Shown: positions 25,873 through 39,240 of the stretch, piece by piece
Layout of the letters: each line of letters opens with the position of its first letter
How positions within the stretch are numbered: position 1 is the first letter of the stretch
Origin: Amphiscolops sp. MND2022
Lineage: Eukaryota
DNA: 64,000 nt
Reading direction: 5' to 3'
Assembly (NCBI GenBank): GCA_964187785.1
Contig: OZ076409.1
Coordinates: 73,596,001 to 73,660,000, forward strand
Translations under genes and position numbers: made by a program
Notes under the pieces: generated by a model
Database searches by the model: none
Seen by the model: the letters and a program-made list of their open reading frames with translations, nothing else
What the model was told of the DNA's origin: nothing

Positions 25873-27886
25873 GTGGTCGGGGTTTTCTCCCCACCTTTAT
25901 TTGCGAGCGCGGGAGACGGGTCCTGTCGCGAGCCTTAGATACCAAAAATAGCCTATCCGCGACCGGGTCAAAAAAATGCGATCTCGAAAACTAGCCGTAC
26001 GATTCGGCTGAAATTTGGCACACGGCTTCCTATAACAGTTCTAAGAAACATTTACTACTGACGTTTTGCTGGCAAAAATCGAAAAGTGGGTCAAAATAAC
26101 GGTTTTTGGGGTAAAAAGTAGCGTTTTTTTGAAAATTTTGCATTTCACAGCCAATTACTCGGAAATGGTCGGTCCAGCGCAGTAACGCCTTGCTGATTTA
26201 TTGTTGGGCACGTCAAGAAGCGTACGTACACAAATTTTGGTCCATATCGGATTGAAACTTGGGGAGATATTAACGGTAGTTTGGGGGTTTCAAACCGCTA
26301 TTTTACCGGAAATTGCACTTTTTGACCGGGAAGGAGTTGTCTGAGTGCGGGGTCGTCTGGTAATGTTTTGTAGAGCATCTGGGGACGTAGTGGGGGACAT
26401 GTAATTTAATGACCCCGGTTAACCCCTCGGACGGGAAATGACCGTTATGTGGGTTTTAAATGTGGCCCCCGCCAATTTTCCCCGTTATTTCCGGTGTGAA
26501 GGAGTGGTAGTAGCGCGTCGGGTGCCTTATATCAAAAGTACGTTTAGACAAGGACCTATTGGAAACATGTGGTTTGGGACCCTTTGAACGGACCCGTTAG
26601 CCGCTAATGGGGTGACTGCCTCCTTTTTTTGGGGGTAAAACCGTAAAACGGGCATTGAAGTGAAATTAACTCGTGAACGCGTGGAGCTATCGTGTCCTTC
26701 ACTACTACAAGGTTTCATACCCATGATATGGTGCCTTCAGGGGGGCGAAGAGATTTCCGCTATCTATCACCGTTACGGACTTGGCCCCCCAGCCTAACCG
26801 CTATGTGACCGGAAATGTCACTTTTTGAGCCCAAAGTGTCGGTCCCAGCGTGGCAACGTTAGGTAACCTATTGTAGTACACATTGAGACGAGTTGGGGGA
26901 TTTAGTTTCAGTCACACCCTGTTGGCCCGTTAGGTCGGAAATGACCGTTATGTAGTTAAAAATGGGATTTTTATAGTTTTTGAAGGCCATTTCGGGCAGG
27001 AAGGAGGGGTAATATGACTTTGGACACCATATGATGGAAGACGTGAAGTGTGACGAGCATTCCGGATTAACCGTTATGATGACCCAGAAGTCCCCCTGGC
27101 CCCGGAAATGACCAAAAAATGTAACATTTTGTGTTTTTTGATTAAAAATGTTTGTTATTTAACCGAATAAAGTACATGTTAGGTGTTTCAATTTCTTCCA
27201 GAGGTGAATATAGTCCAATTACATGGTGGGGGGTAACGGTATATTGCCCCGGAAGTCCAACACGTTGGGTCTGAGTATGTTTTTCGGGTTTTAAAATGTG
27301 TCAAAACGTACTTTTGTGTAATAAATCTCTATTGTAGGCTAATAAGGACCATTTTTGAAGAGTTTAAATTTTTTCATAGTAGTTTGTGGAACACCAAAAC
27401 CTCAAAAAACATAACCGTTATAATATGATAGCCTTTCAAGTTGGCCTTGTGTCAACTTGGAAAGGCTATCCTTCAAGACTCATGCAACAAAGAAGTTTTT
27501 GGGTACATTTGTAATGCTTTAGTGTCAATTAGAGTATCAACAAGAGTATACCAAGCACTAAAACTATGTCTAGTTTTCGTTATTAGGATATTAGTTTCCT
27601 GAATATTTGTCGGAAATGCTTTTTTTAATCTCTTTTAATGTGGTCTAAATACTCTGAAAACACTTTATCGAACCAATTTTCTTGGATGAACCTTAGTAAC
27701 AATACTAAAAATCGTAGACAACCTTGCTTCGTTTAAATATTTGAAGCTGAAACCGCACCTTACCGTTGCTCAAACTTCAACCGACGCCCCATAGCATACA
27801 TCAACGCCCATCGTCTGTGGGCATGCCGAGGCATGCCCTTCGACGACGTATGCCAAATACCTTTAACCCGACGCCCGCAGTCCTGG
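25873..27886 (+). mobile_element. Singleton 2.0-kb non-autonomous unit J (CTGG end)
   Basis: Interior is unique in the window. Retains the GTG start, GATAGCC-class hairpin (27427-27470) and 3' box (27819-27838). Confidence 0.8.
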
Positions 27887-30464
27887 GTGCCGGTGTTTTT
27901 TTACACAAAGGGGGATGTTGCGCGTGTGGGGAGGGTCCCTGACGCGCTCCCGGGATTTCGGATTTTTTAACCTTTACGTACCCATCAAAAATTTTGGGAT
28001 CTCGAAAACTAGCCGTACGATTTGGCTGAATTTTGGCACACGTACCCCCCTCGGCACGGTGAAGATGATTCCCTACTGACGTTTTTCCCGCTAAACATTT
28101 TTTGTTGACCAAAATAACGGTTTTTGGGGTAAAATTTTCAACTTTTTTCAAATTTCATCTTATATCTCGCCACGGGTACACGCTAGCGCTTTCAAACTTT
28201 GCTGACGAAAGTTTGCAAACTGTCTCAGGAATGCTGTGTGAAATTTTCAGCTCAATCGGACTCAAACTCCAAGAGATATAGCGTTTTTCCGGAGCGGGGG
28301 GGTTTCATTTTTCTAACGGTCCAGCTTATCTTTGCCATTTTTTCGAAAATGTACTCGGCTAAAGGCCTCCCCTGGCCGGTTTTATTCCCAGCAAAACCAT
28401 TTGGCCCTAAATACGGAGTTTCAGCGTTCCAGCATTCCCGGGCGAAAAGTTGTGGGACTTAGAAAATTTCAAAAATTTTCAAAAATTTTTTTTTCCGTTA
28501 TTTGGGCCCCCAAAGTGGGGGAAAAGACACCCCAACCGGTAAATCAAGTGAATGCATGTGCAAAGCCCTTGTTTGGACGAGAAAAATGCCGTTTAGAACG
28601 TCTTTTTATCTTGGCTCAACGTTGACTTATGACGTTTTGAAGGTGATGTTTGGAGTGTAAAGCAAGTGAATAGTAAACGTTATGAGTATTTGTCTGATCT
28701 GAAAGCCATTGGGATGCAATATGGTTTGCTCAAAACGTAATTCATTGCAGTTTGGCAATCAATCAACACCCTTTGTTGTCGTTTGACATACTTTTTTGTT
28801 GTTATAATAAAAAATTTTGTGTATTTATTCATTTTTTTCTCATCAAATAACTTGAAACAGTTGAGTACATTCCATCCCCCCTTCCGGGGGAGATGAGAAT
28901 GTACTCGCAAAAAGCACCGAACTACGGCCCTTACCTTCCCGAGCTACGCAGTATAAGGATTAGATATTGGTTCCGACATTTTCATAGAGTTAAATCTTGG
29001 TAATCTGTCTGGATATGCAGAAAAATCAGCACGTGCCTTTTAATACCAAGTTGCTCACCACGACAATTATTTTATATCAACGCCCCCATATTTATCAACG
29101 CCCCCCGTCCGTGGGCATGCCGAGGCATGCCCTTCGACGACCCGCACCAAAATATGCGTTAGCGCGGTAGCTGCTAGGTGCCGGTGTTTTTTTACACAAT
29201 GGGGGAAGTTGCGCGGTTGGGGAGGGTCCCTGACGCGCTTCCGTGGTATCGGGTCTTTCAACCGATGAAAACGACATAAAAAATTGGGATCTCGAAAACT
29301 AGCCATACGATTTGGCTGAAATTTGGCACACGTACCCCCCTCGGCACGGTGAAGATGATTCCCTACTGACGTTTTTCCCGCTAAACATTTTTTGTTGACC
29401 AAAATAACGGTTTTTGGGGTAAAATTTTCAACTTTTTTAAATTTCATCTTATATCTCGCCACGGGTGCACGCTAGCGCTTCCAAACCTTGCTGACGAAAG
29501 TTTGCAAACTGTCTCAGGAATGCTGTGTGAAAATTTCAGCTCAATCGGACTTAAACTCGAGGAGATATAGCGTTTTTCCGGAGCGGGGGGGTTTCATTTT
29601 TCTAACGGTCCAGCTTATCTTTGCCATTTTTTCAAAAATGCACTCGCCTAAAGGCCTCCCCTGGCCGGTTTTATTCCCAGCAAAACCATTTGGCCCTAAA
29701 TACGGAGTTTCAGCGTTCCAGCATTCCCGGGCAAAAAGTTGTGGGACTTAGAAAATTTCAAAAATTTTCAAAATTTTTTTTTCCGTTATTTGGGCCCCCA
29801 AAGTGGGGGAAAAGACCCCCCAACCAGTAAAGCAAGTGAATGCATGTGCAAAGCCCTTGTTTAGAGGAGAAAAATGCCGTTTAGAACGTCTTTTTATCTT
29901 GGCTCAACGTTGACTTATGACGTTTTGAAGGTGATGTTTGGAGGTGTAAAGCACGTGAATAGTAAACGTTATGAGTATTTATCTGATCTGAAAGCCATTG
30001 AGATGCAATATGGTTTGCTCAAAACGTAATTCATTGCAGTTTGGCAATCAATCAACACCCTTTGTTGTCGTTTGACATACTTTTTTGTTGTTATAATAAA
30101 AAATTTTGTGTATTTATTCATTTTTTTCTCATCAAATAACTTGAAACAGTTGAGTACATTCCATCCCCCCCTTCCGGGGGAGATGAGAATGTACTCGCAA
30201 AAAGCACCGAACTACGGCCCTTACCTTCCCGAGCTACGCAGTATAAGGATTACATATTGGTTCCGACATTTTCATAGAGTTAAATCTTGGTAATCTGTCT
30301 GGATATGCAGAAAAATCAGCACGTGCCTTTTAATACCAAGTTGCTTACAACGACAATTATTTTATATCAACGCCCCATATTTATCAACGCCCCCCGTCCG
30401 TGGGCATGCCGAGGCATGCCCTTCGACGACGTATACCAAGATATGCGTTAACGCGTTAGCCTAG
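27887..30464 (+). mobile_element. Two H-type units (27887-29177, 29178-30464)
   Basis: H core, box and CTAG. Confidence 0.85.
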
Positions 30465-33005
30465 GTGGCCGTGTCTTTTCGACGTGCTTTTGCATCGAGG
30501 AGTGGGTAGGGCCCCGCGACGACCTAGAAGAATTGGATGCTCACCGAAACGTGCAGAATTCTACGAGATCTCATAGTTTGAGCCATACGATTTTTCTGAA
30601 ATTTGGCATGTGGCCTGGAATTGGTGAGTAGGTAAAACGTGTAGAAGGTAATTTTTCCCAAATTCCACTCTGAGACGAGATATGGGCAAATAACGGTCCC
30701 AAAAATCGCAAAATTGCACTTTTTTCAACTTTGTCAGCCCATATCTCGTTCCCAGGTGCCCGGAGCGGGACGCGTTAAGCTGATTATAAACTTTAGGGTG
30801 TTGAGGCGGTACGGTGAACTTGGGCCCGTTCCGATCGGACTTGTAGTCTTGGAGAAATAACGGTATTTTTGGGAAATTTTTTCTAACGGTCCAGCTTATC
30901 TTTGCCATTTTTTCGAAAATGTACTCGCCTAAAGGCCTCCCCCTGGCCGAATTTACACCCAGCAAAACCATTTGGCCCTAAATACGGAGTTTCAGCGTTC
31001 CAGCATTCCCGGGCGAAAAGTTGTGGGACTTGGAAAAATTTCAAAAATTTTCAAAATTTTTTTTTTAACGTTTTCCGGGCCCCCAATGAAGGGGAAACGA
31101 ACCCCCAACCAGTATTTTGAGTGAATGCATGTGGAAAGGCCATGGTTAGAGGAGAAAAATGCCGTTTAGATTGTCTTTCTATTTTAACTTGACATTGACT
31201 TATGACGTTTTGAATGTGATGTTAGGATGTGTGAGGCATGTGAAAAGTTGATGTTTTGAGTCTTTATCTCATATGAAAGCAATTGAGATGCACGCTGTCC
31301 TGCTCAAAACGTCTTTCGTTGTAGTTTTCCAGTGCACCAGAACCCTTTGGTGTCATTTGAACATACTTTTCTTCGGTTTATTAACATTTTTAATGTATTT
31401 ATTCCAATTTTTATTATCTTATAGCTCAAAACAGTTGAGTACATTTCATCTCCCTTTCGGGGGAGATGAGAATGTACTCGCTAAAGACCTAGCGCCATGA
31501 CCAAAATTTGAAGCGCACGTTTTGTATCTTCTTACAGACTTGTTTTTGTATTTTTTCGGATTTTTCTAAAAAATAATAATATACTTGAAATACATTACTT
31601 GACTTTACTACTACATTCCACCTCCAACGTCAACGCCCCCCTGCTTGCATCAACGCCCACCGTCCGTGGGCATGCCGAGGCATGCCCTTCGACGACGTAT
31701 GCCAAATGCCCAGTGCCACGCAGTCATTTTCGCTAGGTGGCCGTGTCTTTTCGACGTGCTTTTGCATCGAGGAGTGGGTAGGGCCCCGCGACGACCTAGA
31801 AGAATTGGATGCTCACCGAAACGTGCAGAATTCTACGAGATCTCATAGTTTGAGCCATACGATTTTTCTGAAATTTGGCATGTGGCCTGGAATTGGTGAG
31901 TAGGTAAAACGTGTAGGAGGTGATTTTTCCCAAATTCCACTGTGAGACGAGATATGGGCAAATAACGGTCCCAAAAATGGCAAAAATGCACTTTTTTCAA
32001 CTTTGTCAGCCCATATCTCGTTCCCAGGTGCCCGGAGCGGGACGCGTTAAGCTGATTATAAACTCTAGGGTGTTGAGGCTGTACGGGGAAGTCAGGCCCG
32101 TTCCGATCGGACTTGTAGTCTTGGAGAAATAACGGTATTTTTGGGGAACCTTTTCTAACGGTCCAGCTTATCTTTGCCATTTTTTCGAAAATGTACTCGC
32201 CTAAAGGCCTCCCCCTGGCCGAATTTACTCCCAGCAAAACCATTTGGCCCTAAATACGGAGTTTCAGCGTTCCAGCATTCCCGGGCGAAAAGTTGTGGGA
32301 CTTGGAAAATTTTCAAAAATTTTCAAAAAAAATTTTTTTCGTATTCCGGGCCCCCAATGAAGGGGAAACGACCCCCCAACCAGTATTTTGAGTGAATTCA
32401 TGTGGAAAGCCCTTGTTTTGACGAGAAAAATACCGTTTAGAACATCTTTTTATCTTGACTCAACGTTGACTTATGACGTTTTGAATGTGATGTAAGGATG
32501 TAGGAGGCATGTGATAAGTTGATGTTTTGAGTCTTTATCTCATATGAAAGCGGTTGAGATGCAAGCTGTCCTGCTCAAAACGTCTTTCGTTGTAACTTTC
32601 CAGTGCACCAATACCCTTTGGTGTCATATAAACATACTTTTTGTCGATATATTAACAATTTTAATGTATTTATTCCAATTTTTATTATCTTATAACTCAA
32701 AACAGTTGAGTACATTTCATCTCCCTTTCGGGGGAGATGAGAATGTACTCGCTAAAGACCTAGCGCCATGACCAAAAATTTGAAACTCACGTTTTTTATC
32801 TTCTTACAGACTTGTTTTTGTATTTTTTCGGAATTTTTTAAAAATTAATATACTTGAAATACATTACTTGACTTTACTACTACAACCCACCTCCAACGAC
32901 AACGCCCCCCTGCTTGCATCAACGCCCACCGTCCGTGGGCATGCCGAGGCATGCCCTTCGACGACGTATGCCAAATGCCCAGTGCCACGCAGTCATTATC
33001 GCTAG
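30465..33005 (+). mobile_element. Two G-type units (30465-31736, 31737-33005)
   Basis: Copies of 18190-19458. Confidence 0.85.
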
Positions 33006-36000
33006 GTGCCGGGATTTCTATTCGATAAGGAATTTTGCGCGGTTGGGTAGGGCCCCGTGAGCGCGCCAGGGGATAGTGTTAGAACAACAAGGATTTGGGC
33101 ATCAGTTGGGAGCGATTTTCTAAACTATCCGTACGATTTGGCTCAAATTTGGCATGAAGCTTCCTTGGAACATTCTAAGAACAAATCCCTACTGGCGTTT
33201 TGCTGGGAAAAATCAAAAAGTTGGTCAAAAATGCGACTTTCCGACGAAATTTTCGAGTACTTTTTTTTTGAATCGTTATATCTCGCCACAGGGTTACGCT
33301 AGCGCTTCGCAACCTATGATCGTGTTTTGTAGGGCGTTGTCTGTAGAACACGTATGCCAAATTTGGTGGCAATCGGACTTAAACTCAGCGAGTTAGAGCG
33401 ATTTTTTTGGTGATTTTTTGACATTTTTTGCATTTGCCGATTTATCTCTGCCGTTTTTGCCCAGATTTTTTTTGAGACACTCTCCTAAAGACCTCCCCTG
33501 GCCGGTTTACCTCCCAGCAAAACCATTTGGCCCTAAATACGAAGTTTCAGCGTTCTAGCAATCCCGGGCGAAAAGTTATGGGACTTAGAAAATTTTTTCG
33601 AAAACGCAAAATGTGTAAAGTCAACTTCAGGCCTCCCAAAGTCAAGGAACTTCCACACAACTAGTATTGCAAGTGAATGCATGTGGAAAGTACTCGAAAA
33701 GACGAGGAAAATGAGCTATAGAACGTCTCTGTATCTTAACCTGACGTTGACTTATGGTGTTTTGAATGTGGGCTTCCTGAGGGGTCTGAAAAGCAAAAAT
33801 TAAAAATGGAAACTAAGTCTTATTGAAAACTCACCGGATTCCGTGCAATCGACCCCAGAACGTGCTCAATTGTAGTTTCCTAATCTATCAACGCCATTCA
33901 AGGTCTTTTGACTAATGTTGAAAAAATTGATACCGTATTATTCATCCGAGAGCACGAAACAGTTGAGTACATTCCATCTCCCTTTCGGGGGAGATGAGAA
34001 TGTACTCGCTAAAGTCCAGCTACTACAGCCCATATTTGTTTTTATGCGGCGCTCTTTATACTAGTGTGTAGACGTATTAATCTTTTAACTGAATTTTCTT
34101 TTGTCTACACTTTGAGTTTGACTTGACATATACTGAAAGTTTTTGACCTTACAACATACACATGACTTACGTCAACGCCCCATCCTTGCATCAACGCCCA
34201 CCGTCCGTGGGCATGCCGAGGCATGCCCTTCGACGACGTATGCCCTCACTATCGCGGTAGCCGCTAGGTGCCCGGATTTCTATTCATTAAAGTATGTTGC
34301 GCGTGTGGGTAGGGCCCCGTGGCGCGCTCTTGTGTCCCTGTTCTCATAACTGCAATTTCCGGCAGCATTCTGAGCGATTTTCTAAACTATCCATACGATT
34401 CGGCTGAAATTTGGCATGTGAGTTCCTATGACAGTTCTAAGAAACATTTCCTACTGGCGTTTTGCCCGGAAAATTTTTTTTGTTGACTTATAACGTTTTT
34501 TTTGGCCAAAAAATGCAATTTTTTCAAAAAAATTTTTTTTCGGAGCCGATATCTTTTTTCAGGGTGCCCGGAGCGGGACGCGTTAAACTGATTATAAACT
34601 CTACGGTTCATGGGCTTTACGGAGAACCTAGGCTCGTTTCGATCGGACAAGTAGTCTTGGAGATATAACGGCATTTTTTGGGAATTTTTTGGAAATTTTT
34701 CTAACGGTCCAGCTTTTCTTTGCCATTTTTTCGAAAATGTACTCGCCTAAAGGCCTCCCCTGGCCGTTTTTAATCCCAGCAAAACCATTTGGCCCTAAAT
34801 ACGGAGTTTCAGCGTTCCAGCATTCCCGGGCGAAAAGTTGTGGGACTTAGAAAAATTTCAAAATTTTTCAAAAATTTTTTTTTCCGTTTTCCGCCCTCCC
34901 CCCCGAGGGGAAAAGACCCCCCAACCAGTAATTTGAGTGAATTCATGTGGAAAGGCCATGTTTAGAGAAGAAAAATGCCGTTTAGATCGTCTTTTTATTT
35001 TAACCTGTCGTTGACTTATGTTGTTTTGAAGGTGATGTTTGGATGTGTGAAGCATGTGAAAAGGTAATTTATTGTGTCTTTAGCTCTTCTAAAAGTCATT
35101 GAGATACACGGTGTGTGACTCAGAACGTGTTTAATTCTAATTTAGCAATGCATCAACACTTTTTGTGTCTTTTGACTCTGTTTTAAAAAATCTTTCCGAC
35201 TAAAATCAAAAATTATTTATAATTATTCACATTTTTTTTCTGATCTCTTAACTCGAAACAGTTGAGTACATTCCATCTCCCTTCACGGGGGAGATGAGAA
35301 TGTACTCTTTAGAGACCAGGTACTACAGTACTTACCTTCCCCGAGCAACGCCCCATAAAAATTGCGTTTTGATCCAGATATTTTGACATAATTTTATCTT
35401 TGTAATTTGACTGGAAATGAAGAAAATGCCGCACGTGCTCTTTTATATCAAGCATCCTAACAACGCCATCTCTTTTACGTCAACGCCCCATCCTTCAATC
35501 AACGCCCCCCGTCCGTGGGCATGCCGAGGCATGCCCTTCGACGACGTGCACCAAAATATGCTCCCAAGCGCGGTAGCCGCTAGGTGCCGGGATTTCCATT
35601 CGATAAGGAATTCTGCGCGTGTGGGTAGGGCCCCTGGCGCGCTCCTGTGTTTTCGGTTTTCCTACTCCAAATTCACACCCCAGTTATCTCCGATCTCGTA
35701 AACTATCCATACGATTTGGCTGAAATTTGGCACACGTACCCCCCTCGGCACGGTGAAGATGATTTCCTACTGACGTTTTTCCCGCTAAACATTTTTTGTT
35801 GACCAAAATAACGGTTTTTGGGGTAAAATTTTCAACTTTTTTTAAATTTTATCTTATATCTCGCCACGGGTACACGCTAGCGCTTCCAAACCTTGCTGAC
35901 GAAAGTTTGCAAACTGTCTCAGGAATGCTGTGTGAAATTTTCAGCTCAATCGGACTTAAACTCGAGGAGATATAGCGTTTTTCCGGAGCGGGGGGGTTTC

Positions 36001-38149
36001 ATTTTTCTAACGGTCCAGCTTATCTTTGCCATTTTTTCGAAAATGCACTCGCCTAAAGGCCTCCCCTGGCCGGTTTTATTCCCAGCAAAACCATTTGGCC
36101 CTAAATACGGAGTTTCAGCGTTCCAGCATTCCCGGGCGAAAAGTTGTGGGACTTAGAAAATTTCAAAAATTTTCAAAAATTTTTTTTCCGTTATTTGGGC
36201 CCCCAAAGTGGGGGAAAAGACCCCCCAACCAGTAAAGCAAGTGAATGCATGTGCAAAGCCCTTGTTTAGAGGAGAAAAATGCCGTTTAGAACGTCTTTTT
36301 ATCTTGGCTCAACGTTGACTTATGACGTTTTGAAGGTGATGTTTGGAGGTGTAAATCACGTGAATAGTAAACGTTATGAGTATTTATCTGATCTGAAAGC
36401 CATTGAGATGCAATATGGTTTGCTCAAAACGTAATTCATGGCAGTTTGGCAATCAATCAACACCCTTTGTTGTCGTTTGACATACTTTTTTGTTGTTATA
36501 ATAAAAATTTTGTGTATTTGTTCATTTTTTTCTCATCAAATAACTTGAAACAGTTGAGTACATTCCATCCCCCCTTCCGGGGGAGATGAGAATGTACTCG
36601 CAAAAAGCAGCGAATTACGGCCCTTACCTTCCCGAGCTACGCAGTATAAGGATTACATATTGGTTCCGACATTTTCATAGAGTTAAATCTTGGTAATCTG
36701 TCTGGATATGCAGAAAAATCAGCACGTGCCTTTTAATACCAAGTTGCTCACAACGACAATTATTTTATATCAACGCCCCCATATTTATCAACGCCCCCCG
36801 TCCGTGGGCATGCCGAGGCATGCCCTTCGACGACGTATACCAAGATATACATCGAGCGCGTTAGCCTAGGTGGTCCGGTACACTACCAACAAAACATTGT
36901 CGCGAGCAACGGGGAGGGTCCTGTAGCGAGCTTTATAGGAAAAAAACGGCGGAGCATATATACTAGGCAACATCGGCACTTTTACCCACGATCTCTGAAA
37001 TGAACCATACGATCCGGCTCAAAATTTGCATACGGCTTCCTCTAGCGATTCTAAGAACTTTTCCCTACTGGCATTTTGCCCGGAAAATTCAAAAAGTGGG
37101 TCAAAATCTTAGTTTTTTGGTCGAAAAATGGCGTTTTTTTGGAAAAAAATTTTTTAAGAGCCCATATCTCGCTCCCAGGTGCTCGGAGCGGGTCGCATGT
37201 GGACGTTGATATTGCTGGGCACTTCTTAAGGAGTCCGTAGACAAATTTTCGTACAGATCGGATGAAAATTGACTGAGTAATAGCCGCAAATCCGACGAAT
37301 TTTTCAGAAAATTTTGGTACACCTAGTCTATCTCTGCAGTTTTTTGCCCAGATTTTTTTCCAGGACCTCTCCTAAAGGCCTCCCCTGGCCGGTTTACCTC
37401 CCAGAAAAACCATTTGGCCCTTTTGCCGCAGTTTCAGCGTTCCAGGATTCCCCGGGTAAAAGATAAATGACTTAGAATTTTTTCGAAAATTTTTCAAAAT
37501 TTTTTTTTTCAACTTCAGGCCCCCCAAAGTCAAGAAACTTCCACACAACTAGTATTACAAGTGAATGCATGTGGAAAGTGCTCGAATAGACGAGAAAAAT
37601 GAGCTATTATAAAGTTCTGTAGCTTAACCTGACGTTGACTTATGACAATTTTAGTGTGAGCTTGCTATGTGAGAAAAAATTTCATAAATTGAAAATCGAA
37701 GCTAAGTCTCATCGGAATACGTTCAGTGGACCCCAGCGCTGTTTAAATGCCGCTGTTTAGTGCAGCAACGCCCTTTAAGGTCATTTGATTCATTTTTTAC
37801 AGGTTTTGACACCGTCTTATCCATTCGAAAGTTCGAAAGAGTTGTGTACATTCCATCTCCCCCCTTCTATGGGGGAGATGGTAATGTACACGCAAAAAGC
37901 CAAGTACTACTGTTCTTTTTATACTTGGAGTGGCCTCGGCAATGCAGTAGCGGGAGCTCCAGGTCGTTTGCCGTAGCCTTATTGTCTGTTTAGACTTTGC
38001 TACAACAGAAACTATGTTACTGAACATGAAAAAGATTGTTTCAATCCAAATGTTTTTTCAAATAATAATACCAAATAACACATGTCCATATATCCACTAT
38101 TGCCACTAAATACTGGCGCATCGTCGCACAACGAAGCCTGCAGCGCTAG
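33006..38149 (+). mobile_element. Four units: K 33006-34267, L 34268-35583, H 35584-36869, F-type 36870-38149
   Basis: K body matches 57861-59120 and L matches 55264-56579. Each unit is delimited by CTAG|GTG. Confidence 0.85.
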
Positions 38150-39240
38150 GTGCCCTAATCCATCGATTTGCTCAACACTTCGAGGGCAGGGTAGGGCCCC
38201 TTGCCCGAGCCAAAAAGTCGGATACTTACGACAGACAACTTAAGGCGATTGGGACAGTCTGACCCCGATCTTCTAAACGAGCCTATCGATTTGGCTCAAA
38301 TTTTGCATGCGGCTTCCTCTAGCGATTCTAAGAACTTTTCCCTACTACCATTTTGCCCGGAAAATTTTTTTTGTTGACTTATAGACAATTTTAGGTGCCG
38401 AAAATGGCGTTTTTTTGAAAAATTTTTTTTTAAGAGCCCATATCTCGCTCCCAGGTGCTCGGAGCGGGTCGCATGTGGACGTCGATATTGCTGGGCACTT
38501 CGTAAGGAGTCCGTAGACAAATTTTGGTACAGATCGGATTAACATGGACTGAGTAATAGCCGAAATTCGGACGCATTTTGTCGACATTTTTCGAAAACCT
38601 AGTCTATCTCTGCCGTTTTTTGCCCAGATTTTTTTCCAGGACCTCTCCTAAAGACCTCCCCTGGCCGGTTTACCTCCCAGAAAAACCATTTGGCCCTTTT
38701 GCCGCAGTTTCAGCGTTCCAGGATTCCCCGGGTAAAAGTAAAATGTCTTAGAATTTTTTCGAAAAATTTTCAAAAAAATTTTTCAACTTCAGACCATCCA
38801 AAGTCAGGAAACTTCCACACAACTAGTATTGCAAGTGGATGCATGTGGAAAGTGCTCGAATAGACGAGAAAAATGAGCTATTATAAATCTCTGTAGCTTA
38901 ACCTGACGTTGACTTATGACAATTTTAGTATAGGTAGTTTTTAACTTCACTGTACCTCAACTTACTTTTTTTTCTTTTTCCAGGTGTCGGAGTTAATTTT
39001 TTCTGCATACAGGTAGTATTTGGTAACAGGTGACGTCTAGTAAGTTGGTGGTGATTTGGTAAGCAGCGAATGGTGTTTAAATGTATGTCCAGTTTAACTT
39101 AATCTTTGTCATGAACTGGTTCCTCTCTCTGGTGATGTCTAACAAAACAGCGTTTTTTAAGATTTGCTTTGATTTGCTTTGATCTGCTTTGCCAACATTA
39201 ACTTGTTTTGCTGGGCAATCAAAGAGGCTAAAAGTCTACA

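Noticed and set aside
1..38149. Simple satellite or single rolling-circle concatemer
   Set aside because: Adjacent units often belong to different subfamilies and lengths, and they swap neighbours precisely at CTAG|GTG. Local duplication may still explain some identical neighbours (AA, BB, GG).
1296..38587. Numerous 60-136-aa ORFs in the short units, also at 51612-63279
   Set aside because: They recur only because the DNA is repeated. They overlap on both strands, are broken by indels and stops between copies, are F/K-rich from A/T tracts, and often use non-ATG starts.
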